Assembly (NCBI RefSeq): GCF_036971445.1
Contig: NC_091472.1
Location: 181,164,001-181,228,000 of the forward strand
Origin: Narcine bancroftii
Lineage: Eukaryota
Length of the DNA: 64,000 nt
Direction: 5' to 3'
Shown one piece after another: positions 1 through 13,199 of the stretch. Under the pieces are notes generated by a model. It did not search any database, was not told where the DNA came from, and saw only the letters and a list, made by a program, of their open reading frames with translations. Every line of letters starts with the position of its first letter. Positions within the stretch are counted from its first letter, which is position 1. A program made the position numbers and the translations under genes.

Positions 1-595
1 TCTAATTACACTCTGTAAACATGAGGGACCATTGGCTTCTTGGCCATTCCAAACTCTCAGCAACTTTCTCAAAATGTTGAAAATATTATCAATATCAGCC
101 TCCTTAAATTCTCATGAGGACCAGGAGATGTAACTCCTGCTTCTCTCATCTCTATTTCAAACCTCCGTTTTATTTTCTGCTTCATCCGTCATAAATCTCC
201 TTTGCCGTTCTGCTTCCTCTCTTTGTTTTTCTGCTTCCCATATCTCTAATTTTTTTTTTTAACTCCATCTCCTTTGCACAGAGGTCAGTCTCCATTCTTT
301 GTTTTCCTTGCTCAACCTGTTCCAGCTATAACTGCTGCGTAAGAGGTTGACTCTCAGGAAATGGCTTTAACTCTTCCTCTTCAAAAATCCTCTCTTTTAC
401 ATAGTGCTCAGCTATAATTCGGTGGATCTCTACATTTTTCATTGACAATTTTATCCCCTCAATTTCCAAGTTCTGGGCAATTTTCAGTGAATCATTTTTT
501 GTCACTTTCTGCAAATCTGTAGAGGTCGGTGATGCCAAGAACATATGCATTGCTGTTGTTTCTACACACTCAAGTCTTTTTAAATTAGCTCTCAA
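1..595 (-). mobile_element. Gypsy LTR retrotransposon, decayed gag 5' part (continues off the window)
   Basis: ORF 326-595 (FLASPTSTDLQKVTKNDSLKIAQNL) and frameshifted FKEADID..FQHFEKVAESLEWPRSQWSL at 1-110 resemble fish Gypsy gag; lies directly downstream of a PBS and LTR. Confidence 0.8.
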
Positions 596-668
596 AAAGA
601 AATTTAACCAAACAAATCGAATATTAATTGTTCAAATAAGCTCTCATTAAGCTCCAATTTTGGTTAAA

Positions 669-687
669 CCCTGGACTCGAGCCCCCA
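669..687 (-). promoter_or_regulatory. Primer binding site, tRNA-Pro-like
   Basis: Minus strand reads ATAACA-AAT-TGGGGGCTCGAGTCCAGGG, close to the canonical TGGGGGCTCGTCCGGG tRNA-Pro PBS, just after an LTR end. Confidence 0.75.
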
Positions 688-690
688 ATT

Positions 691-1613
691 TGTTATGAAC
701 TCATGAAATTTTTTTAGTACTAAAAAGGAACAGCAATGGAAAATTTATCAGACCATGGTAAATTCAAAATTATAGATTTTTCTTAAACTATTAATAATTT
801 AACTTTTCTTACTTAACTCCAAACTAATACAATTTAGGCATAATTCTGAAAAGTCCATTTTAAATTTCAACATTAAACTCATATGTTGAACTTGAAGATT
901 TTTAAATTGCAGTTCAGAAGTAATTATGAAGCATTTTGAAACATCATGTTTCAGACCTCTTTAAAACTCACAACTTTTTTTGTAGAACTATTTTCAGAGC
1001 AATGTTTCTTCATACAAGTGATTTCACAAACTCCCTCTTTTCTTGCCTCAGATTTACGGAGTCTGTTTTGCACGATGATTCCTTTCTTTTCATGAGGCTC
1101 CCCTCTTTTCTTATAGGTGGTCAGGGTGACTACATATTTTAAACTACCACTTTTAAAATGTTCCACCTTTTATTATGGCGAACACAGGCAGCCTTCCTTC
1201 TGTTAAAGGAATTTGTGGCTGCTTTTCTCAATCCCGCTTATACAGGATGGCTTTCCCTTCTTCATCTGATCCAAAAATGTCTGTTTTGAGAAATACAGAT
1301 CTTTCATGTCACATGAAATGTATGACATCATAACGGCCTTTTAAGTCCTTCTGAACCTTTTCACATCTTCATGCTAAAAAGCATAATTTAATCTTTGTCT
1401 TCCCAAATTTAAAAATCAAAGTAATTGTCTTTGTTTGATGTTTCTCTCCTGCTTCTGATTAGTCTAGGATTGACCAGGCAAATGCTTCTTAAGTAAGCAG
1501 CCAATTGTTCTCAGAATCTCAAAAACCATCACAAAAATCTTTCATCCCTCTGTTTCAACTGTAGTCACAACAGACGTCTGTCTCTGCGATGCTGTCAGCT
1601 GCCATCTTGAAAG

Positions 1614-1668
<55 letters not shown>

Positions 1669-1782
1669 TTTTAAAATGCAAATGTGTGGCCTTTATGTCC
1701 CTGAAACCATTCCCACAAAATAACATTGAGAGATATTATTAACTCTATAACTTACTTTACTAAGAAATATATATTTTGTAAC
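691..1782 (-). mobile_element. 5' LTR of the Gypsy element
   Basis: Plus strand starts TGTTAT at 691 next to the PBS; segments are homologous to 11945-12600 and 53100-53983; distal boundary approximate. Confidence 0.7.
1616..1664. repeat. (CT)n microsatellite within LTR
   Basis: Direct reading. Confidence 0.97.
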
Positions 1783-3289
1783 TAAAAATTAACACAAATC
1801 CATTACACCTATGGCAGACTAAAGGCAATTGTGTAATATTACATTTCACCTTTAATACGTGACAATAAATTGTATCTGATCTGAATGTTCATGGTGACTC
1901 TGTTTGCTTTATACAGACAAAAATTGAAGTATATCATGTACGGTACATTACATTTTATTGTATTATTACACAATAAAAGGAACCTTGAGCCTTGTACCTG
2001 GTCACAAGATCCTTTATCCCTGGGTTATCTTCAAGTTTATCTATGCCAGAAAACAAGCAAGTTGTTATTGGTTTTCATTTCTTTTGTTTTGAGAGGTTAA
2101 GCTATTATTACATTCAACATGTGATGATCTGTACACAACACTCTTGGGTCTCACTTAGGTCATATAAACACAAAACAAAACAAATGTGTTATTCAACAGC
2201 ATTTTGCCACTAATGCCAAATCGTTTCAAATGTAGCTTACCAAAGATAGAATTGACATCTTTTTTCAATAAAATTCATGATTTTAACTGGGGAAAAAAAA
2301 AGGCTTTTAGTAAATCTTTCTGTGCCATGCAATGGTTATCTGCATAAAAATGTTTTCTGGATCAAACAGAGTGGTTTGCTGCCACCTTTAGCAAGTATGT
2401 GGAATGGCGAGTCAATAGGTAGCTTGACTTAACAAGTGCCTAGAAATCTTATCCCCAGGTGGCTGCACTTAAAATCCTGTATGGTCACATTGAAGTCAAT
2501 AATTTTAGCACTACCACCCATGGATTACAGTTGTGTTCTACTGGCATACGTTCCTCTCTGGCAGCATGTCCTATTAGACATTCTTCAAGCCCAACCCCAG
2601 AAAATGTCAGGACAAAACTGATGGATCTCCTTGCCCATCTTCAAAATAGCTTCATAGTATTCTTTACATCCTGACAAAAAAATGGGTGTCACTTTAAGAG
2701 CTGACCTGCAAGTATCACCCCTCATACTTTACTTGAGGTCAGGTATGATATGTGAATTTGATAACTAGGGTTCTATGACATTGTGTGTCAAGATATTCAA
2801 CTTTAAATTTAAAAAAGTAAACCGTGAAGATCACTGATATAAAGCATATGGGACAACTCGCACAACGTGCAAAGACTGTCCACATAGAAACAGGCCTTGT
2901 AAGACCTCACTTAGACCCCCTTAAGTATTGGTTACCTAGTCCGCCCTTTGGCTTTCTTCCATTCGTACCTCACTCCAACAAATACATGGCCCTGGCTTAA
3001 TCCATTCTGTCAACAACCTGCCCTTTGTACTTCCAGTCACTAATCTGCCAAGCAGAACAGCCCTGAGCTGTCCCCCATTCCCTCACACCCACCAAGTCAT
3101 TGATCTGTGAAAATGAATTTTGGTCTTCTGAGTCCACAGATTTGCCATCACCAACTCTCCATTTTAGCAAATTTCACATTTCAGACCATGGATCCCCTTT
3201 CTCATCTTGACCTAACATCCTCCATCACTCTACCCCAAATATTAATACTCCACCAAACTCTTAATTCAGTTCACAAATTATTTTAATGC

Positions 3290-3525
3290 AATTTTTTAAA
3301 AATCTAGACATACAGGTCCTTTCGCCCCACGAGCCCATGCTGTCCAATGACACCTAATTGACCTACAACCCCAGTATGTTTCGAATGGAGGGAGGAAACT
3401 GGAGCACTCGTGGAAAACCCATGCAGACACTGGGAGAACATAGACACTCCTTTAAGGCAGCATGGCATTCAAACCCAGGTCCCGATCACTGGCACTGTAA
3501 CAGCGTTGTGCCAACTGTGCTTCCC
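3290..3525 (-). mobile_element. tRNA-derived V-SINE/HE1-like SINE
   Basis: GGAGGAAACTGGAGCAC..AAAACCCATGCAGACACTGGGAGAAC core plus B-box-like GGTTTGAAT on the minus strand; homologous to the 15012 and 15881 copies. Confidence 0.8.
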
Positions 3526-4025
3526 CAAATGATAGTTGAGATCTTCCACAATCCATCATGATTATAATTTTATAATACAAAAAGAATGATTAGTGATGTG
3601 TTGGTTCTGTATCACTGGTTAAAATAGAACTGATGGGTATTGAATTTCCTGCAGGCAATCAGTACTAGGACTAGATTTTGCCTAGTGACAGATTCTGAAA
3701 GAGCAAGAAAGGGGTCAGTTCTATGAGAATTATTCTTCTGGAGGATAATCTAATTTTAGGTGCTTAAAAGTGAGGTTCTAAAAAGCAACAGTGATGTCTT
3801 CGAGCCTCATTTTTAAGATGCGCTCAGTGCTCAGAGTTTGGTTTTGCTTAATAAAGGGACTCGGTGGGTAGGGACGACCATGAGTGTGGCTGGTAGGAGC
3901 AGGCCAACACTGACATAGGCATTGAAGTGAAATGTTGAGGCAAGTCAGGTAAATGACTGGTGAATACTAGGATTTGGGTGATGAAGCTAGCTCTTTGGTG
4001 AGTATCTGGTAATTAAGATCTATTC

Positions 4026-4400
4026 CAGTGGTTCTCAACCTTTTTCTTTCCAGTCACATACCACTTTAAGTAATCCCTATGCCATAGGTGCTCTGTGATT
4101 AGTAAGGGATTGCTTAAGGTGGTATGTGACTGGGAGGGGAAGGTTGAGAATCACTGCTCTTGACCCAATTGTTACTGAAATATTTTGCTTGAGAAAAATG
4201 ATCTTTGGCTCATTTCCTTTGGAGTGATGAAACCGTGCACATAACAAGTCAATGAGGTACGATTAAAACAGTGGTTTTCAAACTTTTTCTGTTCAACTAT
4301 ATACCACCTTAAGCAATCCCTTACTAATCACAAAGCACCTATGGCATAGGGAATACTTAAAGTGGTATGTGAGTGGAATGAAAAAGGTTGAGAACCACTG
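4026..4400 (+). mobile_element. Composite hAT/Charlie-type MITE (unit 4026-4156, spacer, inverted unit 4269-4400)
   Basis: TIR CAGTGGTTCTCAACC...GGTTGAGAACCACTG; 8-bp flanks ATCTATTC/TTCTATGC (6/8 match). Confidence 0.9.
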
Positions 4401-5639
4401 TTCTATGCTATCTCTCAGGTTTAAAATAAAACAGATCTTGTACCAAGGTAATGACAGTACATCAAAAGGAAAATAATTGCATAAAGTAATGCAAGTGGTT
4501 AATTAATACAAAAAGGAAGGGAGGACAGGTGAACTATCATGACAGAAAAATGTGGAAACTTCTACTTGTCAGTATGATCCTGAGCTAACACCAAAACATG
4601 TTTTGCACTGTCAGTATGTGGAGCTGGGAAAAACCTCAAAAGGTAATAATTACCAGTTTATTACCTTCACCACTTGCAAATCTGCACGGAAAAAACAAGA
4701 TTAAGGAAATGAATCCTTGATTCAGTAATTGGTGGGATAGAAGTCGATGTGGCACACTGACACCAGGATTGGGGAAAATGGGAGATTTACCACCGAGATG
4801 ATCTACACGTGAACCATGCTTGATTCTAGTGAGTTGCTCAACTTGGGAATTTAAGTGCATTAGAAATTAAATTGTGAGACAAGGGATATGAGGCAAAGAT
4901 GTACTCGTGGAGTTGCTGCCTCACTACTCCAGCAACTTAGGTTCGAACTGACCTTGGCAATGACTCCCTGCGACTGCATGGTAATAATAAAGGCAAAGCG
5001 TTAGTTACGCAAGTCATGCGCAGGTCCCTGAACAGTAACCACAGGTATAATGGAAGCTTGACAGAAGGCTACAGCAATAATCATGGTGAATTTTCATCGA
5101 TGTACAGACTGGAGAAATCAAATGGACAAAGTTAGCTTTAATGAGCTAGAGAGGGCATGCAGTTTTTATAAATGGCATGTTCTCTGCAGCCACAGCGACC
5201 ACATTATTTACAGGAAATGAAAAGAAGGCATTGAGGAAAAAGCCTTCAGCAAGTACTGTGATTTTTTTTCTGTTACTGAAAACTCTCAGTAGGCTGCCTC
5301 TTAGTTTGCCTCATTTATAGGCAGCAATGGGTCCTTTCCAGATATTAATGAATTTGGTGATGGAATATTTTCTGATGATTCCTTCAGGAAACTACAACCA
5401 GCCTTGTGAAGGAGTGCTGTTTGGAGCAGCAACGAGCCCCAAGTAACTCATGGGCAATACATGATAGATTAGAGATGATTGATTATTGGCTTCATTGGTT
5501 CCATTTTCCTTTGACATCCCTATTATTTAAATACCCATTCATCTCATGATGATACTTAGTTATCCAGCATCCACACTTCAAAGATTCACAACCCTCTGAG
5601 AAAAGAAATTGTTTCCTCAGAGCCTCCCTTGTGAAACAT

Positions 5640-6330
5640 ACATACAGTACAAGCATCTTAATTAGAAGACAGCATCGATCACACTCAATCCCTCAAGCCT
5701 ACTCCGACATTTAATAATATCATGGCTGGTCTGAACAGTTCCACAGTCTAGTTGTCCCAAACACTTTTCATTCCGGAATCTATCAATCGCTGCATTAAAA
5801 GAAAAGTATTGAAAAACTCTCTTCTCTATCAACCTTCTTTTTCCCCACTCACCCAGCACCTTAGTTAATCCCTTACTAACCGCAGAAGACCTGTGGCACC
5901 CTATTTAAGGTGGTAGGTGAGTGGGGGAAAAAAAGGTTGAGAATCACTGTGCTATCTTTTGAGGAAGGGAATTCCAAAAGGCTCACAATACTTAGGAAAA
6001 ATCCTGCTTGTTTACAGTACATTTTCTGCAGATCTCTCAGGGATCTGCATATTTCAGGCATGACAACCCTCGCACTTCAAAATCCCAGTAGACACAAGCC
6101 CAACGTTCAAGTGGCAACCCAACTATTCATTCTCTGAACTGCTTCCAAAGCAATTACATCTTTCCTTAAAGGGGAAACCAAAACTGTCTAGAGCACCTGT
6201 CTAGAGGTAGACTCACCAATTCCCTATATAACTGACTCATAACCTCCCTACTACTCAATTCCCTTTGCAAGGAATTATAACAGTCTATGATTTTTACCTG
6301 TAAATTGTTTCTCGGAGTTCTCCAATCTCA
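5640..6330 (-). mobile_element. Degenerate CR1 LINE 3' fragment interrupted by a MITE monomer
   Basis: CR1-like motifs (AACCAAAACTG, TCTATCAATC..) shared with the 61190-64000 element. Confidence 0.5.
5828..5949. mobile_element. hAT MITE monomer (left TIR decayed)
   Basis: Matches the monomer of 4026-4400; ends AAGGTTGAGAATCACTG. Confidence 0.8.
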
Positions 6331-6342
6331 TACTGTTTAGAT

Positions 6343-6488
6343 CAGTGGTTCTCAACTTTCCTTCTCTCCATTCACATACCACCTTAACGAATCCTTTACT
6401 AACCATGGAAATGCCAAAAGAGCTCAGCGGTTAGTATGGGATTCCTTAAGGTGGTATGCAAGTGGGGTAAAAAGGTTGAGAACCACTG
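6343..6488. mobile_element. hAT MITE monomer, both TIRs intact
   Basis: CAGTGGTTCTCAAC...GTTGAGAACCACTG; TTTAGA on both flanks (TSD-like). Confidence 0.88.
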
Positions 6489-7799
6489 TTTAGAAAATAT
6501 GTTACTTTTTTTTTCTGCCATAATTAATAATTTTCCCTTGATATGCTGCATTTGATAAAAAAACATTGGAATTTATTATTGTAGATGTCAGACCCTCATG
6601 CACAATCTTGAGTGTTTTGTTGTTCCTTTTAATGCAGATGGAATGCACATTTAAGTGTTAATCCAAACAATTTTCTCAATGGTCTGTAACTAACAAATAA
6701 TAGTTGCATTAATTCAATTCATTCTTTACAGCCATCAAATAAGTCAAAACATTAGTTGTACCCTCACTTTTTTATGTTAATATTTGTCTTGTTGATACGT
6801 AATTTATTCACTATTATGTACTGTTTCTATGGTGGCCTCCAGGTAAAGCTCTGATTGTTTTTAATATTTGGCTATGAAACTTGAGTGGAGGACACTACTC
6901 CTGGCCTACAGAATACCTTGATAATTCTGACCTGACACATCATTCCTTTAAATGCAGAAGTACACTTGCACCTTGTAAATGCAAAACATCATCTGATAAG
7001 GGGCTTATTTGAAGGACTTAAAACACTTCCCTCTGGAGCACTCCCATGTTTTTCGGTGATGCACTTTTCTCTTCTGATCGAGAGATCCTTTCATCCTGGC
7101 TTTGCTGCCACTCAAGTCCCTACTCTTTTATCTCTGTCCCTGCATGGCCGCACTGATAAGACGTATACTTTCCATTCACTGCTAGCTTTAAACATTGGTC
7201 ACAGCCATAATGCTTCTTCTTAAAGCAATATCAGCAGAACTTAACTGCATGCAGAAACTACTGGTGACCAGCAGTGGACTGACATTGGACCACAGAATGC
7301 TCTGTGTCACTATGCACTTCTTTAAAACCCAACTCATGCCAGTTGTCTTATCAGCTGCTTACAGACCACTAAGAAAAAGTGCAAAGTCAATGTTATCTCA
7401 TTTTATATGTTTAAATTATTCATGATTTTCGATTACAAAATCAGATCTTGGGTCTGGCTGGTGAAGATTTTGAAATGTTATCTACTGATATCATCTTACC
7501 AGGTTTGATAGGAGATACAAATTTCAGTGAACACTCGCTTAAAGGATCAGTCACCCGAAACTCTGACACTTTCACTCATTATAGTTGTGATTGCTGAGTG
7601 AGATATAAACAATGGCTGCTTCCTCTAAAGCACCCCACCCAAGACATTCCAAATATATACAAAGTGTCAGAGAGGAAATCCATGCTGTTGCTGGGATATT
7701 GGATCATTTTGGTCCCATTTTGTTAGCACAAATCAGGATAAAAACATCAATTTTGAATTTGAGTAAGTTGAGCTAGCAAATATCTCTGAGTAAAGTCAT

Positions 7800-8098
7800 A
7801 ACGATTCACGAGTCCACCTGACCTCCCAATACCAGGTGCAGATTCGACCGTGGGTGGGCAATGGTTTGGACTGGACTCTGTGTGGCTGTGGAAGCACTGG
7901 AAGTGAATCTACAGATACTCGGTGACTCTAGGTAAACTCATTTTTACTTCTCTTTCTCTGACTGTAAGAGGCGCTTCTGGCAATTTCTGCCAATGGCAAA
8001 TCTGTCTGCTTTACAGCAGGCAAAAGCAAATTCATGTAATATGACACTGTTTTATTATAAGGACAATAGACTGAACCTTGAATCTCTTGATTCTTGAA
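7800..8098 (+). mobile_element. Non-autonomous retroelement with Rex/Babar-type 3' tail
   Basis: Homologous (inverted) to 43862-44015 plus 44700-44760; ends GACAATAGA-CTGAACCTTGAATCTCTTGA repeat tail. Confidence 0.55.
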
Positions 8099-8099
8099 C

Positions 8100-9960
8100 C
8101 TCCATCTCTGCCTGTATCAACAAAAATTGGTGCTCAAGGACCCACAGAGTCTTCAGGCTCATGAGCATGCATGACCTCATGACAATATTCCACCTGGATC
8201 TCTTTGGTGAACAATTTACTTGCAGGGCCCAAGGTTGTTACCACTGAGCTATCCGACATCCAGTGGGAAGACCTCCCTCCCAGCAGATAATGCCACAATT
8301 TTCTATTCACAAGATCATTCCAAAAGCTGCAGAAGGTATCTGCCACTTCTCCCAATTTGATGTTAACCTTTCCTCTTGGGTAATAGTACTTTGTTTTCAA
8401 TGAAGAAAAAGGCATGTATTGGGACTTGCCAGTGTTATTGATTTTCCATGTGTATACGCAGCCATCTTCTCACCTGTCCATAAGTACTCCATGAGGAACC
8501 AGGACCCCTTCAACTAACAGACAAGATCACCACTCTCCGAATATCCAACTTGTTGTGGATCTTCAAAAGAATATGCTGATGGTGGTTTCATAAAATTCCC
8601 TCATAGCTCTGCCTGCATTGATTCCCACACATTAGTGAATGAATCCTGCTCCAACTATTTCAGTGCTTGATACAATATTTTTATCTCTTGATGAGTAGCA
8701 TCTTGCCTAAAAAACCTGGGCCTTTTTCTGAAGCATCTTTCTGGTGAACATCTCCACTCTGCAGGTGTAAACAGGAATGTGATGCATTCAGTGAAGACAT
8801 GAAAGTTTCTTCAGCATTGCTCCATCAGAGGGATTCTCACTTCTCCGAGAGATTATGATTACCATTTCCTCCCAGATTCTTCTTATATGACTCGTGCCAC
8901 TCCATGATGTAGAGGGCCTCCTTCCTGCTGTTCCTTTTGAGCGAACGTGGAAGCTGTGATTCTCTGTTGGCCCTTTCTCCAAATAGCACTACCATTGTGC
9001 TATTGTTGCCTGGTTTCCCATTGGAACATGACTTTGTGGGATGACGGCCCCTTGTATGATTGCTCCACATAAAAATGACTGAGGTCTCGTCAGGAATATG
9101 TGTTTATCAAGTTCGTTCTTTTCTGCTGGGTCTCAGCTGTTCTAACGTTGAAACATCTTTTTGACAATTCTGACCTTTTTTTTTACAGTGGCTCAACCTC
9201 AGCATTAGGACTATTTGCTGCATACAATTCCTAGTTCATCATTCCTAACAGGGAAATGTATAAAGAGAGCATAAAATATGAAATAGTATCACTGCCCTCA
9301 GAATTCTTTCTTTCTTTCGGTGAGGAAATTGTTGTTAATGCCATAAGGAATATCCAGTGTCATAGGAATGTCAATCTGCTTCATTTCAGCTAGAAGAAAA
9401 CTATATATATTTTCAATAAGAATATTTTACCACTGTTACATTGCAAAATATTTCTGCTAAAACTGAGAGAACAGTTGCATTTTGTGCAGATCTCAATAAA
9501 ATTCATGTAATATTTACAATTATTCATTGCAATTAATATTTTGAACTCCAGTGACCTATCATTATAAATTTTCAAAAATTATTTTGGCTCCAAGTATCAG
9601 AACAATGTTTTTTCAAAACTTTTTTTTTGAAAAGTGGATTTGACAGTGATTTTGAAAAGGTACAGTGTAAATTCCTGACCAAGCCTTTTATTTGATAATG
9701 CTGCAAAACTTCTTGACATCACTAATGTTGGAGCCCAATGGTTTGTTTTACAGTCTCCCTATGATTTATAGTCCAGAATCATTGGTTTAAGTAATATAAA
9801 TTTCACATTCTCCACTGTAAATTACTTATGTCCACTTCTCATTTAAGTTTTTCTGTAATATCAATCTATCTCTTCTCTGCTCAGAAGCAGTTTATCATCC
9901 AAAACTGTCTGAGCACCTTCCAAGCATTTTCTTCTTGCTTTCTCGTGGGTTTGCGTGAAC
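8100..9960 (-). pseudogene. Highly decayed retrovirus-like pol remnant (RT-tether-RNase H-integrase start), tentative
   Basis: Ordered degenerate motifs across frames: VLDDKLLL..RSGHK..VKF..ILDY (~9900-9760), IAQW*CYL (~8990), SDGA (~8825), SMQAEL (~8610), GYSES, WKINN, WNDLVNR, VGP*APIFVDT (~8120). Confidence 0.4.
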
Positions 9961-10599
9961 TACATCGAATCTAGCGAGACTGGGCCACTTCAGGATGAGC
10001 CACATTGACGAAGCAGAGAGCACTGATGAAACATTGAAAATCTGCTACTGTAGTAAAACCCACCCATCCACTAATTTGTGTAAGAACAGATCATAATGTC
10101 AATTTTTCATTCTAGAGACTTTATGCTGTTATAAACCACACATGTTAATGAAAACAATCAGACTAAACCCAATCAGTATACATAATGCTCAGCTCCTATA
10201 CATCTATTAATATATTGTGAAGATATTTGACAACTTTTGTGTGCTTATAAATGACAAATGTAAAAATCCATTTACTGATGATGTCAAACCAATGAATGCA
10301 CACGACTTCAGTCAGAAAATTATTTAGATGATGGTCTTTCCACAAAGATGGCTTCGTTTATGTATTTGGAAGCCAGTTATAAACAAATGTTCTCAATTCC
10401 ACTATGAAAAATGTTTAACTTCATTTTCTGTTGACTCTCAACAAAGGGTAATAAAGATCTAAAAAAATAAATCTGTCAAATAGATTTCTGTACCGAGAAG
10501 GATTTATATTGTTTTACAAATGAGTATTAAGTAAAATTAATTGTACATTTATTTTTAAAAAATGTCAAGGTCACTCCCCAGCAAAGTACACAAAAGTCT

Positions 10600-11365
10600 A
10601 ACAGAACCAATCTAGGGAAGTAACTTGATGTGATGTTGGTTAGTTTTCTAAACTTAAAGTTTAGATAGCTGTGCACTCATTGCATCATTGGATTTCATAT
10701 CAGGAAGCCAGGATTATGATTGAATAGTATCTGTTCAAAAACATGAATCATGTATATTAGAAACAAAAATGAAGAAATGTGGAAATAGCTTTAGAAGATG
10801 GCTTTAGAGATAGAAGTGCTGATAGTCATCTTCCATCAGTCAATGGATTCTGGAATTGTAACGCAACTATATATCAAACAAGGGATTAGATAAAACAGGA
10901 AATTAATAATCTGTTAGTCTAATGCAGGCGATGGACAAACTGCTGCAATCTATAATAAAGGTTTGATTACATGAGTGAGGAAGTCAGGATAATTGATGCA
11001 AAAGTATTGTATACAGTTAAGGCCTCCTAAGACAGATGGAGGGAATGAAGGTCAGAGGGAGTGAAGGAGGAAGGATAAGCGAGAAAGATAGAGGTAGTAA
11101 AAGATGGAGGGAGCAAGAGAAACAAAGTTTTATCCACCAGGTTCGAAGGATGGCAGGTTTGCTGTATGAGGAAGAATTGAGCAGACTGGTCCAATATTCT
11201 CTTGTTGGATAAATGAAAGGGTATGTCATCATACTTTACAAAATCTGTTAAGGGGTTTTGTAGCTCTTTGCAATGAGAAGTCTAGAACTGAGGGATACTA
11301 TTTTAGAATAATGGCTGGACAACTTCAGACAGGTGAAGAAAAATTTGGAAGTTATAATCTCTGAA
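10600..11365 (+). mobile_element. Very degenerate CR1 LINE 3' fragments
   Basis: TATGAGGAAGAATTGAGCAGACTGG..TATTCTCT and AAGTCTAGAACTGAGGG motifs parallel CR1 24730-24900. Confidence 0.5.
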
Positions 11366-11369
11366 TAAC

Positions 11370-11820
11370 TAGTATCCCCCTGGTATCTGGAATTCAAGCA
11401 ACCGGCAGCCTCAACAAACCATGGGGAAAAATTGAGGAAAATAAAATTTAAAAATTAAAATAAGTAAGAATAAAATTATAGGTAAAAATATGCAAGTTTA
11501 AGGGTACATGTTTTCTATAGTAACATATAAATCTTCGAGAAGATGGGAGAAAATATTCAGCCAGTGGAGGGCCTTAGTCGTACATTGCTCATAGCAGCGG
11601 TTTGAATAAAATGATGTTGCCCAGGATTCCGCTCGCCTCAGGAGTGACTCTCTCAATGTATCTCCTTATCCCAGAGTTAACCCAGTAAGAGGTTTTATCT
11701 ATAATTTTTTTTTGGGGGGTGGGGTATAATTATCTATAATGTTATAATGTTATTGTTAATTTTGGATGCTCCATAGAGGGGAAGGAACCTCCAGTTGCAG
11801 CGGCAGTTAAATTTTGTCAA
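11370..11820. mobile_element. Non-autonomous DNA transposon fragment (Tc1/mariner-Tigger-like end)
   Basis: TA followed by GTATCCCCCTGGTATCTGGAATTCAAGCAACCGG terminus-like sequence; other end not seen. Confidence 0.35.
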
Positions 11821-11897
11821 AGAATGTGAGTGAAAATAAAGTAAAATGCTTTAAGGTTTATATACTCATGCATGTGAAGTTTGTTCAGTGTGTGTAT

Positions 11898-11900
<3 letters not shown>

Positions 11901-11932
<32 letters not shown>
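11901..11932. repeat. (CA)16 microsatellite
   Basis: Direct reading. Confidence 0.97.
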
Positions 11933-11936
<4 letters not shown>

Positions 11937-11944
11937 GACAGAAC

Positions 11945-12600
11945 TGTTATTATTAATCTTTGGTTGAAATTATATATACTTCTTAGTAAAGGGATTTTGT
12001 GGGATTGACAGGGACACACAGACACATACAATTACACACAGAGAGAAGCCATTTTTAGAGATGCAATATCTGGAAAACAGAGCAGAAAGAGATAGAATTA
12101 AATGGTTCATTCAATTGCTGGAACAATAATGTTTACTAAGGAGAAGCACCTGTGTACACAAAGAGGACTTTTGATTCAATGGCCAGTAGACAGAGAGGAG
12201 TCATTTTCTTTTGAATTATAATTTTGAAGTGGTTTGAAAAAAACCTCAAAGACAGCAGTGATGACATGTGATTTCAACATCTTTAATATTACACCAAAAA
12301 CCATCTGAAGTCAGAAATGCAGTAGCCTCTAGTGAGAGAGGCACTGTTCTTGTGGTATTCCCTACTCCATGGAAGATGCACAAATCAATGTTAAGGCAGA
12401 GGAACTTCAGTTGTCTATTTGAAGAGAGAGGACAGTTTCACAATGTCCATTTTGTCATGGCCACTGGAAGAAAACACAATTTCTGAAACCCTCCATGCAA
12501 GAGAGGGAAATCATTTGTATGAAAAAACAATGATCTGAAAACAAACCTAAAATAATTTGAGTTTTCCACATTAATTAGGAAATACAACCTTTCCTCAACT
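11945..12600 (+). mobile_element. Solo LTR fragment related to 691-1782
   Basis: Starts TGTTAT; TATATACTTCTTAGTAAAG..TTTTGTGGGA..CAGGGACA matches the reverse complement of 1695-1780. Confidence 0.6.
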
Positions 12601-13199
12601 TCCAAAAAGAATGCATTATTGAAAAACATTTTATTTCCTAAATCAAAAAGGCAGAGTCAAATGCATCAAGGGCATTTTCTTACAGTGAATGTTTATGGAT
12701 TCAATAGAGTGGGCAATTAATAGTGAAAAATACATTCATAAATCAAAAATATGTACCCAAAAGAAGTGAATATGGATAAACTGAGGAATGTGCAATATGC
12801 TACAAAGAAAGGTCTCTGCTGCCAATGTCCTCTAATATAATCATTTGTTTATGTTCTACAATCAGAATCCACAAAAAAAACCATCAAATAAAATATGGTT
12901 CTTTTCAGAGCCTGACTGTACTGCTCGATAATACTTAATTTATTTTATTCCTGGTAAGCCTCCATTTAATCCATTTGATGCTCAAAATTCTCTCATGACA
13001 TTTCTTAATGATACTCAGTAATTATGCGATGAGGGAAATCATTAAAAGGCATCATTTTATTCTTCCTCAATGAAATAGTCATTCATTTTCTTGATGCTTC
13101 AGGATCAGACTGGAGTGCAGGATCAGGAGATCCTTTTTATTTGCAGTTTGAAGATATTTATCATCTTAGGTACATATTCATTTTTCTGATACTGGGACA

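Noticed and set aside
2330-2800. Short overlapping ORFs 2436-2674 as a gene or gag fragment
   Set aside because: No recognisable motif; lengths are within chance expectation.
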